Source of the DNA: Clostridiales bacterium
GTDB lineage: Bacteria; Bacillota; Clostridia; Acetivibrionales; DUMC01
Length of the DNA: 55,413 bases
Assembly: GCA_035362115.1 (NCBI GenBank)
Contig: DAOSDD010000001.1
Span: forward strand, 1-55,413
Direction of reading: 5' to 3'
Shown: in pieces, positions 27,683 through 36,489 of the stretch
Numbering within the stretch: the first letter of the stretch is position 1
Layout of the letters: the number at the start of each line of letters is the position of its first letter
Translations under genes and position numbers: made by a program
Notes under the pieces: generated by a model
Database searches by the model: none
Told to the model about the DNA's origin: nothing
The model's input: only the letters and a program-made list of their open reading frames with translations

Positions 27683-28950
27683 ATTGATTTACTATTGCCT
27701 CTAAAGCGTTTAACAAGATTTTTCAGCACATTGTAATTTTCAAAATAGCTCATATTATAGGTTACCTCGTTCTCTCTGGGCACTGTAAGAATTTCAAGAT
27801 GGTTGATTCCATCAGGATAGCATTTGTATTCATACGTCCTCTCAATTCCATCAACATCAAGTAGCTTTACCCATATAAAAGTTGGGAATGTTCTCAATGC
27901 TTCAGTTATACCTTCTTCAGTCTGTACATCCCGACTGTTTATACTCAATATGATATCACCTCTCCTGATCCCAATTCTCCAGGCATGACTGTCAGGAAGA
28001 ACATCTAGTACTCTGACTCCTCTGCGTACAGGTATAAACAAAGGTGAATTATTCATTTCACGATAACGGCCATATAAGAAAATAAACTCGTGTCCTCCCA
28101 GAGCAAACAGAGCACCCATAACCTTAAATAATGAAATATTTCTGGAAATAACAGCCAGGATAAAAAGCAATATACTATATATAAGGAGCCATATAGCTGT
28201 TTCACGGCTTTTATTTTCCGGCTTCCTTGCTATGGCTATATCAGTATAACACAAAGCTGAAACTGCACAGTCCAATCCTATTGCTAAAGCACCTGCATGT
28301 ACAGCACTAGAGTTAAATAATGTCCACCAGTCAACTTTTATGGTGTTTATGCTATTTAACGTTACATCTCCAAACCTTTGAGCCAGAAAGGTAAGAAATA
28401 TAACAGGTACAGGCCAGATTCTTCTGGTTATAAATGCGCCGGCAATACTCTGTCCATGCTTAATGTAAACAGGCTCACAATCCCTGCCTGCTCCGGCAAA
28501 TACCAATATACTTTCAAAAAAGTGCATTACTGCAACCAATGCCAGCAATGATGCTACATCAATATTTGAAATTTTAAAGGCCACTGCTATTAAAGCAAGT
28601 AGAGCAGCTGAATAAGATATACAAATAAATCTAATATTAAACAATATTAATACTGCCATAATAATTAATAGGTACTCAAATACTTCAGGTGCAAGTGTTA
28701 TGCCTGTAGAAACTACTATTACACCGCCAAAGAAACCTATTATTGACCCATAAAACATCATTTCTTTTATAGTATTCCATATCCCTCTGGATGGCACTCC
28801 CAGCCAATTAGTGACTATGCCCATTTGTTTTTCATGTTGCATTTTAATAAGCAATACAACAATTACATAAATAGGTATAAATCTATAATTAATAATAAAT
28901 GCTGACAGTAATTCTCTTGCTACTGCCGATAGAATATATATTAAAGGCAA
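27679..28950 (-). CDS. Polytopic membrane protein with a C-terminal PDZ domain
   Basis: 423 aa with a TTG start and about 9 TM segments. The C-terminal region has a PDZ-like pattern (VRVLDVLPDSHAWRIGIRRGDIILSINSRDV). I found no HExxH metalloprotease motif. Confidence 0.6.
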   Translation of the reverse strand: MPLIYILSAVARELLSAFIINYRFIPIYVIVVLLIKMQHEKQMGIVTNWLGVPSRGIWNTIKEMMFYGSIIGFFGGVIVVSTGITLAPEVFEYLLIIMAVLILFNIRFICISYSAALLALIAVAFKISNIDVASLLALVAVMHFFESILVFAGAGRDCEPVYIKHGQSIAGAFITRRIWPVPVIFLTFLAQRFGDVTLNSINTIKVDWWTLFNSSAVHAGALAIGLDCAVSALCYTDIAIARKPENKSRETAIWLLIYSILLFILAVISRNISLFKVMGALFALGGHEFIFLYGRYREMNNSPLFIPVRRGVRVLDVLPDSHAWRIGIRRGDIILSINSRDVQTEEGITEALRTFPTFIWVKLLDVDGIERTYEYKCYPDGINHLEILTVPRENEVTYNMSYFENYNVLKNLVKRFRGNSKSI

Positions 28951-29149
28951 ATTTATTCCACTCCTACTCCTGCTGCAATATACATATTCAAATTATTTCA
29001 CTCAAATAAGTAATAAATCTTTATTTGTATACTATTGTTCTCAAAAAGTTAACAAAAAAACAAACTTTTATTTGCAAAGCCCTGTAACGCAAGCGTTGAA
29101 GAGCATTTTTCGAGAACATATAAAACCTAAATTAATCGCAACACACGCT

Positions 29150-29178
29150 GGGTACATACATTATTTAAAAATGCACCC
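29150..29178 (+). mobile_element. Extreme internal-deletion derivative of MITE family 1 (termini only)
   Basis: GGGTACAT-acattatttaaaa-ATGCACCC is flanked by ACACACGCT and CCACACGCT, which match at 8 of 9 positions as expected for a 9-bp target duplication. Confidence 0.55.
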
Positions 29179-29194
29179 CCACACGCTTGTATGT

Positions 29195-29224
29195 TTGCAG
29201 CTATACACTACGATATGCTATAAT
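29195..29224 (+). promoter_or_regulatory. Putative sigma-A promoter of the yitJ-like gene
   Basis: TTGCAG, an 18-nt spacer, then TATAAT with a TGn extended -10. It lies about 40 nt upstream of the TTG start. Confidence 0.4.
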
Positions 29225-29262
29225 TATATAACATATTTTTATTTAAACAAGGGGAGATATCT

Positions 29263-31050
29263 TTGTCAGACTTTATTATAAATTTTATTAAAGAAAGTCC
29301 ATATATACTTGCTGATGGGGCAATGGGAACATATTTTGCCGAAACCAGCGGAATAAGTGCCAAAAGATGCGAATTCGCAAATATTGAAGCACCAGAAATA
29401 ATAAAAAGGATACATGAGGAATATATTGCTGCCGGTTCTCAGATTTTAAGGACAAACACTTTTGCAGCAAACACAATTTCTTTAAAAACAGATTTTGAAA
29501 CTATAAAAGAAATTTTAATAAAGGGATTTGAAATAGCCAGCTCTGCTGCGAAGAATAAAGGTGTGCATGCAATTGCGGATATTGGTCCAATACCTGAAGC
29601 TGAAGGCCATGATACTCTTCAGGAGTATAAGAATATTGTTGATATTTTCTTTGAGTGTGGAGCAAAAAGTTTTATTTTTGAAACTTTCAGTTCTTATGAA
29701 AAGCTTATTGAAGTTTGCAAATATATTAAAAGAAGGGATAGCACAACCTTTATTCTTACCCAATTTGCAGTAAGTCCTGATGGTTATACCCGTAAGGGGA
29801 TTTCAGGGAAGAGAATCCTGGCAGCTGTATGCAATTCCGATGTAATAGATTCATATGGATTCAACTGCCGTTCAGGCCCCATGCATCTTTTAGAATATGT
29901 GCGTAATCTTAATATTCCTGCGAAACATCTTGAAATGTTGTCAATAATGCCCAATGCAGGGTACCCGACTACTGAAAATGAACGTACACTTTTCTTAAAC
30001 AATCCTGAGTACTTTGCACACATAATGGCTGATATAAAGAATCTTGGTGTAAAGATTTTGGGGGGCTGCTGCGGAACTACTCCACGCCATATATTGGAAA
30101 CAGCAAAAGCCCTCGGCAACCGCAGAGAAACCTCTATCCGTGTTGATGCAATAGCAAAACAAGAGTCAACCCGGGTAAAAGTCAAAAACAGCTTTCGTGA
30201 GAAGCTTGACTTGGGTGAATTAACTATAGCTGTAGAGCTTGATCCTCCTATAAATGCAAATATAACTAATATGATAGAGGGAGCAAAAGCCTTGGGGGAA
30301 TGTGGAGCAGATATAATAACAATTGCCGATTGTCCTCTTTCCAGAGCAAGAGTTGACAGTTCTATTCTTGCATCCAGGATAAAACGTGAAACAAACATGG
30401 AAACTCTCCCGCATTTAACCTGCAGAGACAGAAACTTAAATGCAATAAAAGCATTACTGTTAGGTCTGCATATAGAAGATATACGAAATGTGCTGGCAGT
30501 TACCGGTGATCCAATTCCTGAAGCTGAAAGAGGCGATGTTAAAGGAGTCTTTAACTTAAACTCTTATATGCTCACTGAATTTATAAGAGAACTGAATCAC
30601 ACTGAGTTTGCCAACGATGAAATTTTTATTGGTGGAGCTCTTAATGTAAATTCTGTAAATTTTGATGTTGAATTGAAAAGGGCTGAAACCAAGGTCAACA
30701 AGGGAACTGAATTTTTTCTAACTCAGCCGGTTTTCGGTCAAGAAGCGGTTAGTGCTTTGATTAAAGCAAAAAACACCCTTAATGCAAAAATTCTCGGTGG
30801 TATTCTTCCTATTGTAAGTCACCGTAATGCAATTTTCCTGAACAACGAAATACCTGGCATTAAAGTTCCTAAAGATATTATAAGGCAATTTGAGGGAAAG
30901 GAGCGAGATGAAGCTGAATCTACAGGTATTAATATAGCTATTGAAACATGCAAAAAAATCTTACCCTATGTTGATGGGTTCTATATTATAACACCTTTTA
31001 ACAGGTGGAGGATGGTATGTGCCATTATTAAAAAAATCCGCAATGCTTAG
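29263..31050 (+). CDS. yitJ: Bifunctional homocysteine S-methyltransferase / 5,10-methylenetetrahydrofolate reductase
   Basis: 595 aa. The N-terminal Hcy-binding domain shows ILADGAMGT and the GGCCGTTP zinc-ligand pair. The C-terminal MTHFR domain shows ELDPP, TCRDRN and LAVTGDP. Confidence 0.9.
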   Translation: MSDFIINFIKESPYILADGAMGTYFAETSGISAKRCEFANIEAPEIIKRIHEEYIAAGSQILRTNTFAANTISLKTDFETIKEILIKGFEIASSAAKNKGVHAIADIGPIPEAEGHDTLQEYKNIVDIFFECGAKSFIFETFSSYEKLIEVCKYIKRRDSTTFILTQFAVSPDGYTRKGISGKRILAAVCNSDVIDSYGFNCRSGPMHLLEYVRNLNIPAKHLEMLSIMPNAGYPTTENERTLFLNNPEYFAHIMADIKNLGVKILGGCCGTTPRHILETAKALGNRRETSIRVDAIAKQESTRVKVKNSFREKLDLGELTIAVELDPPINANITNMIEGAKALGECGADIITIADCPLSRARVDSSILASRIKRETNMETLPHLTCRDRNLNAIKALLLGLHIEDIRNVLAVTGDPIPEAERGDVKGVFNLNSYMLTEFIRELNHTEFANDEIFIGGALNVNSVNFDVELKRAETKVNKGTEFFLTQPVFGQEAVSALIKAKNTLNAKILGGILPIVSHRNAIFLNNEIPGIKVPKDIIRQFEGKERDEAESTGINIAIETCKKILPYVDGFYIITPFNRWRMVCAIIKKIRNA

Positions 31051-31225
31051 TACTACTGTGCCAATTTGGAAAGCGTTGTCTTCCGGGATAATTTTGATAG
31101 TATCGGGAAGATATCGCATAGGGAAATGTCTCTATAGAAGGCTTGCGACCCTTCCCTCAGATATATTCCTTACGAGCCAGCAAAAATTACCCTCCAGAAA
31201 TGCGCTTTCCATTGGCAACATAACA
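31047..31225 (+). repeat. Palindromic REP/MITE-like element, family 2, long copy (about 179 bp)
   Basis: Arms TTAGTACTACTGTGCCAATTTGGAAAGCG and CGCTTTCCATTGGCAACATAAC are inverted repeats. Homologous copies lie at 39720-39808 and 43425-43540. The element fills the yitJ/punA convergent spacer and its TAG is the yitJ stop codon. Confidence 0.8.
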
Positions 31226-31231
31226 CTGAAT

Positions 31232-32215
31232 TCATAACTTTATAATTATTTCCTTAATAAGTTTCACAAAATCACTGGTTGCCCGGTTTGCTACCTGTAC
31301 TACATCCCTGTGACTCAGGGGTTTATTAAGTACACCGGCAGCCATGTTGGTTATGCAGGATATGCCAAGAACACTGATTCCTCCATGGTTGGCTGCAATA
31401 ACTTCAGGAACTGTTGACATGCCCACCGCATCTGCCCCTATTGCCCTTAAATAACGAATCTCTGCAGGAGTTTCATAGCTGGGTCCGGTCATAGCAGCAT
31501 ATACACCCTTACGAAGCCTTATAGAGAGCCTTTTGGCAGCTTTCTCCGCTTTTTCCATATGTTCCGGGTCATAAGCTTTAGTCATGTCCGGGAACCTTGG
31601 CCCAAAGCTTTCACTATTCATACTAATTAAGGGATTTACACCCATCAGGTTTATATGGTCTTCTATAAGCATTAAGTCTCCTGGACTAAACGACGTATTA
31701 ATTCCCCCGGCGGAATTGGTCACAATTAGTTTTGTTATCCCCAGTTTTTGTAATACCCTTATAGGATAAACAACTTCATGAATACTATAGCCCTCATAGA
31801 AGTGAAACCTTCCCTGCATGCAAACAACGTGCTTTCCGGACAATGCTCCAAGAATAAGCTGTCCTTTATGACCTTCCACTGTAGATACCGGAAAATGAGG
31901 AATACTTTTATATGGTATAGTAGTCTGATTTTCTATATCTTCAGCCAGCAATCCAAGGCCTGAACCTAAAATTATACCAATTTCCGGCCTGTTTACATTT
32001 ATACTATTTATGTTTTTTATATCTTTTATATCTTGTATGTCATGCATGCCTTCGATATCTTGCATGCTTTGTGTGTCTTGCGTGTTTTGTATGTTTTGTA
32101 TGTCTTGTGTGTTTTGTGTGTCTTGCGTGTTTTGTGTGTTTTGTATATTATTTGCATTCTGTATATCTTGTATATACTTCAAGGAATCACTAATTTTCTT
32201 AGATAATAGTCTCAT
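31232..32215 (-). CDS. punA: Purine nucleoside phosphorylase (PunA type) with an N-terminal repeat insertion
   Basis: Conserved blocks GIILGSGLG, VEGHKGQLILG, MQGRFHFYEGY and GADAVGMSTVPE. About 55 extra residues of Q/N/T/D repeats follow the first ~15 aa. Confidence 0.9.
   Translation of the reverse strand: MRLLSKKISDSLKYIQDIQNANNIQNTQNTQDTQNTQDIQNIQNTQDTQSMQDIEGMHDIQDIKDIKNINSINVNRPEIGIILGSGLGLLAEDIENQTTIPYKSIPHFPVSTVEGHKGQLILGALSGKHVVCMQGRFHFYEGYSIHEVVYPIRVLQKLGITKLIVTNSAGGINTSFSPGDLMLIEDHINLMGVNPLISMNSESFGPRFPDMTKAYDPEHMEKAEKAAKRLSIRLRKGVYAAMTGPSYETPAEIRYLRAIGADAVGMSTVPEVIAANHGGISVLGISCITNMAAGVLNKPLSHRDVVQVANRATSDFVKLIKEIIIKL
32010..32175 (-). repeat. In-frame 6/12-bp microsatellite-like tract in the punA 5' region (peptide [IT]Q[ND][TI]Q)
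   Basis: Plus strand shows iterated TGT[AG]T[GT]T[CT]TTG units. It encodes NIQNTQNTQDTQNTQDIQNIQNTQDTQSMQDIEGMHDIQDIKDIKN. Confidence 0.85.
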
Positions 32216-32363
32216 TTATTGCCTCCAGTATATTTAACTATCTTGGTAAAAGTGCATTTATTCCAAAAGCACTGAAAGCACACTCGTACTGATTGCTGAA
32301 AGCTAGTAGTCAGTTGTCGTCCAAGGGTGCACATAATTGTAGTATATCCGGTATATACCTTAT

Positions 32364-33551
32364 CTATTCCGTTGCATAGTTATCAAAATAGCCTTGAATC
32401 AATACTATTGGAGTACCTTTATCACCACTTCCGCTCATAAGGTCACATAAGCTTCCTAAAAGATCGGTAAGATTTCTTGGGGTCGTCCCCAAAGATTCCG
32501 CCTTACCAACCATATTATTTCCCTTTTCTTTTATTTTTCTCTTTACGGCCTCATCTATTTCGCTTTTGTTCAGACTATTAAATTCATTATCTGCTACATA
32601 TTTTAACTTAATTTCATTTGTTGTCCCACAAAGTCCATCTGTGTATCCTGGTGATACAACCGGATCTGCCAGTTCCCATATTTTCCCTACCGGATCTTTA
32701 AACGCCCCATCCCCATATACCATTACTTCAATATGCTTTCCGGTCTTTTCAATTAGTTTATTTTGTATTTCTATCACTGTTCTATTGCAGTCTCTAGGAA
32801 ATAACTTTACCTTATCTTCTGTGGACATATTTGAACCAAGAAGTCCAAAATCAGGATTAAACCCACTGTCATTAACGGATTCATTTAATATTTCATCCAA
32901 ACCATATACTTTCTTAGCACCTGAATTTAACAATATTCTTTTAGTTCTGCTGCGTTCATGAATGTTAGCTACTAATATTTCGCTGCTGTAATTCAGTGCT
33001 GCCTTTGGATCATTCGTAAGATATATATCTATATTACCATTCTGGGCAATTTCTTTGTAAGCCTTAATATAATCTATTCCCGTAAAAGGATGTACTACCT
33101 TTTCTCCAAAAAGCTCTCGGAATTTTTTCTCACTCAATGTATCAGTATAGGGATTTATCCCAAGCTCATCCATTTTATCTATATCAATAAGTCTGTTCCC
33201 TACTTCATCAGATGGATAGTTTAAAAACAAGTATATTTTTTTACCTGTCATTGCAATACCCTTAAGAATTATTGAAAATCTATTTCTGCTTAATATTGGA
33301 AACACCACAGCAATATCGCCATTAAATTTTCTATTTATATCAAAAGCAATATCGTTTATGCTGGCATAATTACCCTGTGCTCTTGCAACCAGAGATTCTG
33401 TAACCCCTATGACATCTCTGTCATTAAGATGGTAATTTTCTTCCTGTGCAGATTTTAAAATTGAATCAACTACAATATTTACGAGGTCATCCCCTGATTT
33501 TATTATTGGAGCTCTTATTCCCCTTGCTACCGTACCTACCGTTCTTGCCAT
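32364..33551 (-). CDS. CofE-like (F420-0:gamma-glutamyl ligase family) protein
   Basis: 395 aa. The N-terminus MARTVGTVARGIRAPIIKSGDDL..VTESLVARAQG resembles, from memory, the ~400-aa clostridial proteins annotated in this family. This is not independently verified. Confidence 0.45.
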   Translation of the reverse strand: MARTVGTVARGIRAPIIKSGDDLVNIVVDSILKSAQEENYHLNDRDVIGVTESLVARAQGNYASINDIAFDINRKFNGDIAVVFPILSRNRFSIILKGIAMTGKKIYLFLNYPSDEVGNRLIDIDKMDELGINPYTDTLSEKKFRELFGEKVVHPFTGIDYIKAYKEIAQNGNIDIYLTNDPKAALNYSSEILVANIHERSRTKRILLNSGAKKVYGLDEILNESVNDSGFNPDFGLLGSNMSTEDKVKLFPRDCNRTVIEIQNKLIEKTGKHIEVMVYGDGAFKDPVGKIWELADPVVSPGYTDGLCGTTNEIKLKYVADNEFNSLNKSEIDEAVKRKIKEKGNNMVGKAESLGTTPRNLTDLLGSLCDLMSGSGDKGTPIVLIQGYFDNYATE

Positions 33552-33738
33552 AAAATTCCTCCTTGTTACTCCTTACATCTGAAACTTTTCAAGCTTTAAA
33601 GTATTAAATACAAAATAATTTATCATATACTATTATGCACTTAACTCCCAGAATAAGTATACAACAAGGACAACAATACGTCAAAAGTTTTTTTCAGCTT
33701 TTAGCAGCTTCGGATTGTCGGTTTATAGGTCTGTCTGT

Positions 33739-34650
33739 TTATCTGTTTATCCAGGCAGAAATATCCTCCATTACCTCGTCCCTGTTAATTTCATTTAAAA
33801 TTTCATGTCTTGCACCCTGATAAAGCTTTATTTCAATATTTCTCATACCTATACTTTTATAGTTTTCATAAAGCTTTTTTACTCCAGAACCATATTTACC
33901 TACAGGATCCTGATCACCCGAAATAATCAATAAAGGTAGTTCATAAGGAATGCTGCCTAAACGCTCATCGCAATAAAGCTTTGCCAGGCCTTCGAAAAAG
34001 TAATAATAGAATCCTGCTGTAAAAACCTTGCCACAGTAAGGATCTTCATCATACTTTTTTACTTCAGCTTCATCACGGCTAAGCCAGCTAAAAGGTGAAA
34101 CCGGATTTTTTATCATTTTGTTATAACTGCCAAAGCTTAATTTGTTAAGTAAGTAAGCCTTCTTTCTATCTCCGAAAACATTTCTGGATATTGCTGCTAT
34201 TATTTTGCCTACCGCAACTTCAGAACCTTTAGTCATGGAAGAACCTGACAAAATTGTTCCGGAAATACTTTCCCCATATTTTATTATATACTCTTGAGCT
34301 ACAAAAGAACCAAAACTATGTCCGAGAATTATTATCGGAATATCCGGGTGAATTTCTTTAATTTTTTTTGTAATTATATATTCATCCTCTACAATCCTGT
34401 TAAACCCATCTTCACCTATATAGCCTACCTCTTCTAATTTGCCTGCAGTTTTGCCATGACCTCTGTGATCATTGGCATATACTGCAAAACCCTTGCTATT
34501 CATATAAGAAGCAAACCTCCCATATCTGCCGGCATGTTCCGCCATGCCATGGAACACCTGTATTACAGCCCGGGGTTTACAACAATCGTTCCAGGAATAA
34601 ACATAAATATCTTTGCTGGCATAACCATTTATATAGAATCCATTTTCCAT
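33739..34650 (-). CDS. Alpha/beta hydrolase (lysophospholipase / monoacylglycerol lipase-like)
   Basis: HGMAEHAGRY oxyanion region, GHSFGS nucleophile elbow, and GDQDP and ARHE for the Asp and His. GGAGGG lies 8 nt before the ATG at 34650, and the ORF is open to 34698. Confidence 0.85.
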   Translation of the reverse strand: MENGFYINGYASKDIYVYSWNDCCKPRAVIQVFHGMAEHAGRYGRFASYMNSKGFAVYANDHRGHGKTAGKLEEVGYIGEDGFNRIVEDEYIITKKIKEIHPDIPIIILGHSFGSFVAQEYIIKYGESISGTILSGSSMTKGSEVAVGKIIAAISRNVFGDRKKAYLLNKLSFGSYNKMIKNPVSPFSWLSRDEAEVKKYDEDPYCGKVFTAGFYYYFFEGLAKLYCDERLGSIPYELPLLIISGDQDPVGKYGSGVKKLYENYKSIGMRNIEIKLYQGARHEILNEINRDEVMEDISAWINR

Positions 34651-34716
34651 ACAAAATTCCCTCCATTTAGTACTATTTGAACACACAGCATTTGGCATAA
34701 CCTATGCATATATTGC

Positions 34717-36213
34717 CTAAACATCCCATTTTACCGACCTCTCTACAGCATTCTTCCATCTTAAATATTTGTTCATCCTGATTTCATCACTCATTGCCGG
34801 AGTAAATACCTTATCAAGGGCCCACTTATCGGCAATCTCTTCTTTACTGTGCCACAGGCCTGCTCCAAGGCCAGCCAGATATGCAGCTCCCAGAGCCGTA
34901 GTTTCTGTTATTTGAGGACGCTTAACATTAATGCTAAGAATGTTTGCCTGGAACTGCATCAAGAAATCACTTACGCTTGCCCCTCCATCAACTTTCAATT
35001 CCTTTAATTCTATCCCCGAATCTATTTTCATTGCTTCAAAAACATCCATGCTCTGATATACTATTGATTCAAGAACAGCTCTAATTAAATGCTGTCGCTT
35101 TGTACCTCTTGTTATTCCTACAATAGTTCCTCTGGCATACATATCCCAATAGGGTGCACCCAGACCTGTAAAAGCTGGCACCATATATACTCCACCCGTA
35201 TCAGCTACTTTTTCCGCTTCGATATCCGATTCATGAGCAGTTTTTATCAGCCCAATTTCATCCCTAAGCCATTGAATTGCCGAACCAGCATTAAACACAC
35301 TTCCTTCAAGGGCATATTCAACTTCATTACCTATAACCCAGGCTATAGTATTTAGAAGATTATGCTCTGATTTTACAGGCTGTTTCCCTATATTCATAAG
35401 AATAAAACATCCTGTCCCGTAAGTGTTTTTTGCAGTCCCCACATCAAAACATGCCTGCCCGAATAACGCAGCCTGCTGGTCTCCGGCTATGCCGCTTATA
35501 GGTATGGGGATTCCTAATATTTCTTGAGAAGTGTCCCCTATTATACCGGATGATGGTACTACAGTTGGAAGCATGCATTCAGGTATTCCCATCTGTTTTA
35601 AAAGCTCCTTATCCCATTGAAGTTTCCTTATATTGTAAATCATTGTTCTGGAAGCATTTGAATAGTCCGTTACATGTAGCTTTCCACCTGTAAGATTCCA
35701 TATAAGCCAGCTGTCCATGGTGCCTGCTAATAGTTCACCTTTACCAGCCCTTTCCATGGCTCCCGGAACATTTTCAAGAATCCATTGTATTTTTGTTCCG
35801 GAGAAATAGGCATCTATTACAAGACCTGTTTTTTCTTTTATTACATCCTGCAGGCCATCAAACTTTAATCTATTGCAAAGGTCGGCAGTTCTTCTGCACT
35901 GCCATACAATAGCATTATATACAGGTTTCCCTGTAATTTTATCCCATACAACTACAGTCTCCCTTTGATTTGTAATACCTATTCCTGCAATTTCATCAGG
36001 GGATATCCCCGATTCTTCAACAACACTTTTTAAAACTTCAAGCTGCCCTGTCCATATTTCCACCGGATCGTGTTCAACCCATCCGGGATGAGGATAAATC
36101 TGCTTAAAGGGTTTGTTTTTAATATTCTTTATGGTCACAGTTTCCATATCAAAAAGCACAGCCCTTGAGCTTGTGGTACCCTGATCAATTGTTAAGATAT
36201 ACTTCTTTTTCAT
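34717..36213 (-). CDS. glpK: Glycerol kinase
   Basis: 498 aa. N-terminus YILTIDQGTTSSRAVLFD, with FGGY-family motifs throughout (GITNQRETVVVWD, GDQQAALFGQ, VDGGAS). Confidence 0.95.
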   Translation of the reverse strand: MKKKYILTIDQGTTSSRAVLFDMETVTIKNIKNKPFKQIYPHPGWVEHDPVEIWTGQLEVLKSVVEESGISPDEIAGIGITNQRETVVVWDKITGKPVYNAIVWQCRRTADLCNRLKFDGLQDVIKEKTGLVIDAYFSGTKIQWILENVPGAMERAGKGELLAGTMDSWLIWNLTGGKLHVTDYSNASRTMIYNIRKLQWDKELLKQMGIPECMLPTVVPSSGIIGDTSQEILGIPIPISGIAGDQQAALFGQACFDVGTAKNTYGTGCFILMNIGKQPVKSEHNLLNTIAWVIGNEVEYALEGSVFNAGSAIQWLRDEIGLIKTAHESDIEAEKVADTGGVYMVPAFTGLGAPYWDMYARGTIVGITRGTKRQHLIRAVLESIVYQSMDVFEAMKIDSGIELKELKVDGGASVSDFLMQFQANILSINVKRPQITETTALGAAYLAGLGAGLWHSKEEIADKWALDKVFTPAMSDEIRMNKYLRWKNAVERSVKWDV

Positions 36214-36282
36214 TGAAATACCCCCTGGAGATCTATAGAAAATTTATTATTTGCCGGACAGATTACTTAGCATTAATTGTAC

Positions 36283-36352
36283 AATAATTGCTGTTTAATA
36301 ATTACTGTTCGATAATTGCTGTTCAATAATTACTGTTTAATAATTACTGTTT
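36283..36352 (+). repeat. Intergenic 14-bp tandem repeat x5 (AATAATT[AG]CTGTT[TC])
   Basis: Read directly. It lies in the divergent spacer between glpK (start 36213) and the deiminase-family gene (start 36490). Confidence 0.85.
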
Positions 36353-36489
36353 AATATATGCTACTAATATTTATTATTTTATATCAGTTTAGTGCAAATA
36401 ACAACAATATCCTGAATATACAAGAATTATATATGGAATTTTGGGAAAACTACACTAGAAATATTTAATACACAAGGCAGGAATAACCC

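Noticed and set aside
28960-29262. An S-box (SAM-I) or other riboswitch, expected upstream of the yitJ-type homocysteine methyltransferase/MTHFR gene.
   Set aside because: I found none of the conserved SAM-I core elements (for example the GAGGGA...GCCC and GCAACC blocks) and no terminator/antiterminator pair. The leader from the predicted promoter is only about 40 nt. A covariance-model scan (Infernal/Rfam) would be decisive.
29784-30398. A 204-aa ORF antisense to the yitJ-like gene. Other long antisense or alternate-frame ORFs include 6775-7206, 21622-22104, 22530-22931, 32566-32961, 40019-40408, 41192-41608 and 39126-39473.
   Set aside because: All lie wholly inside strongly supported genes on the opposite strand or in another frame. 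They have low-complexity or hydrophobic translations without motifs and lack RBSs. They are typical shadow ORFs.
31019-31237. A 72-aa ORF running through the family 2 repeat element.
   Set aside because: It is composed almost entirely of the palindromic repeat. There is no RBS, and it is not conserved in the shorter copies because indels break the frame.
32300-32345. GGGTGCACATAATTGTAG, which resembles the MITE family 1 left terminus (a possible solo left end).
   Set aside because: Only about 14 nt match and there is no continuation into element sequence. Evidence is too weak.
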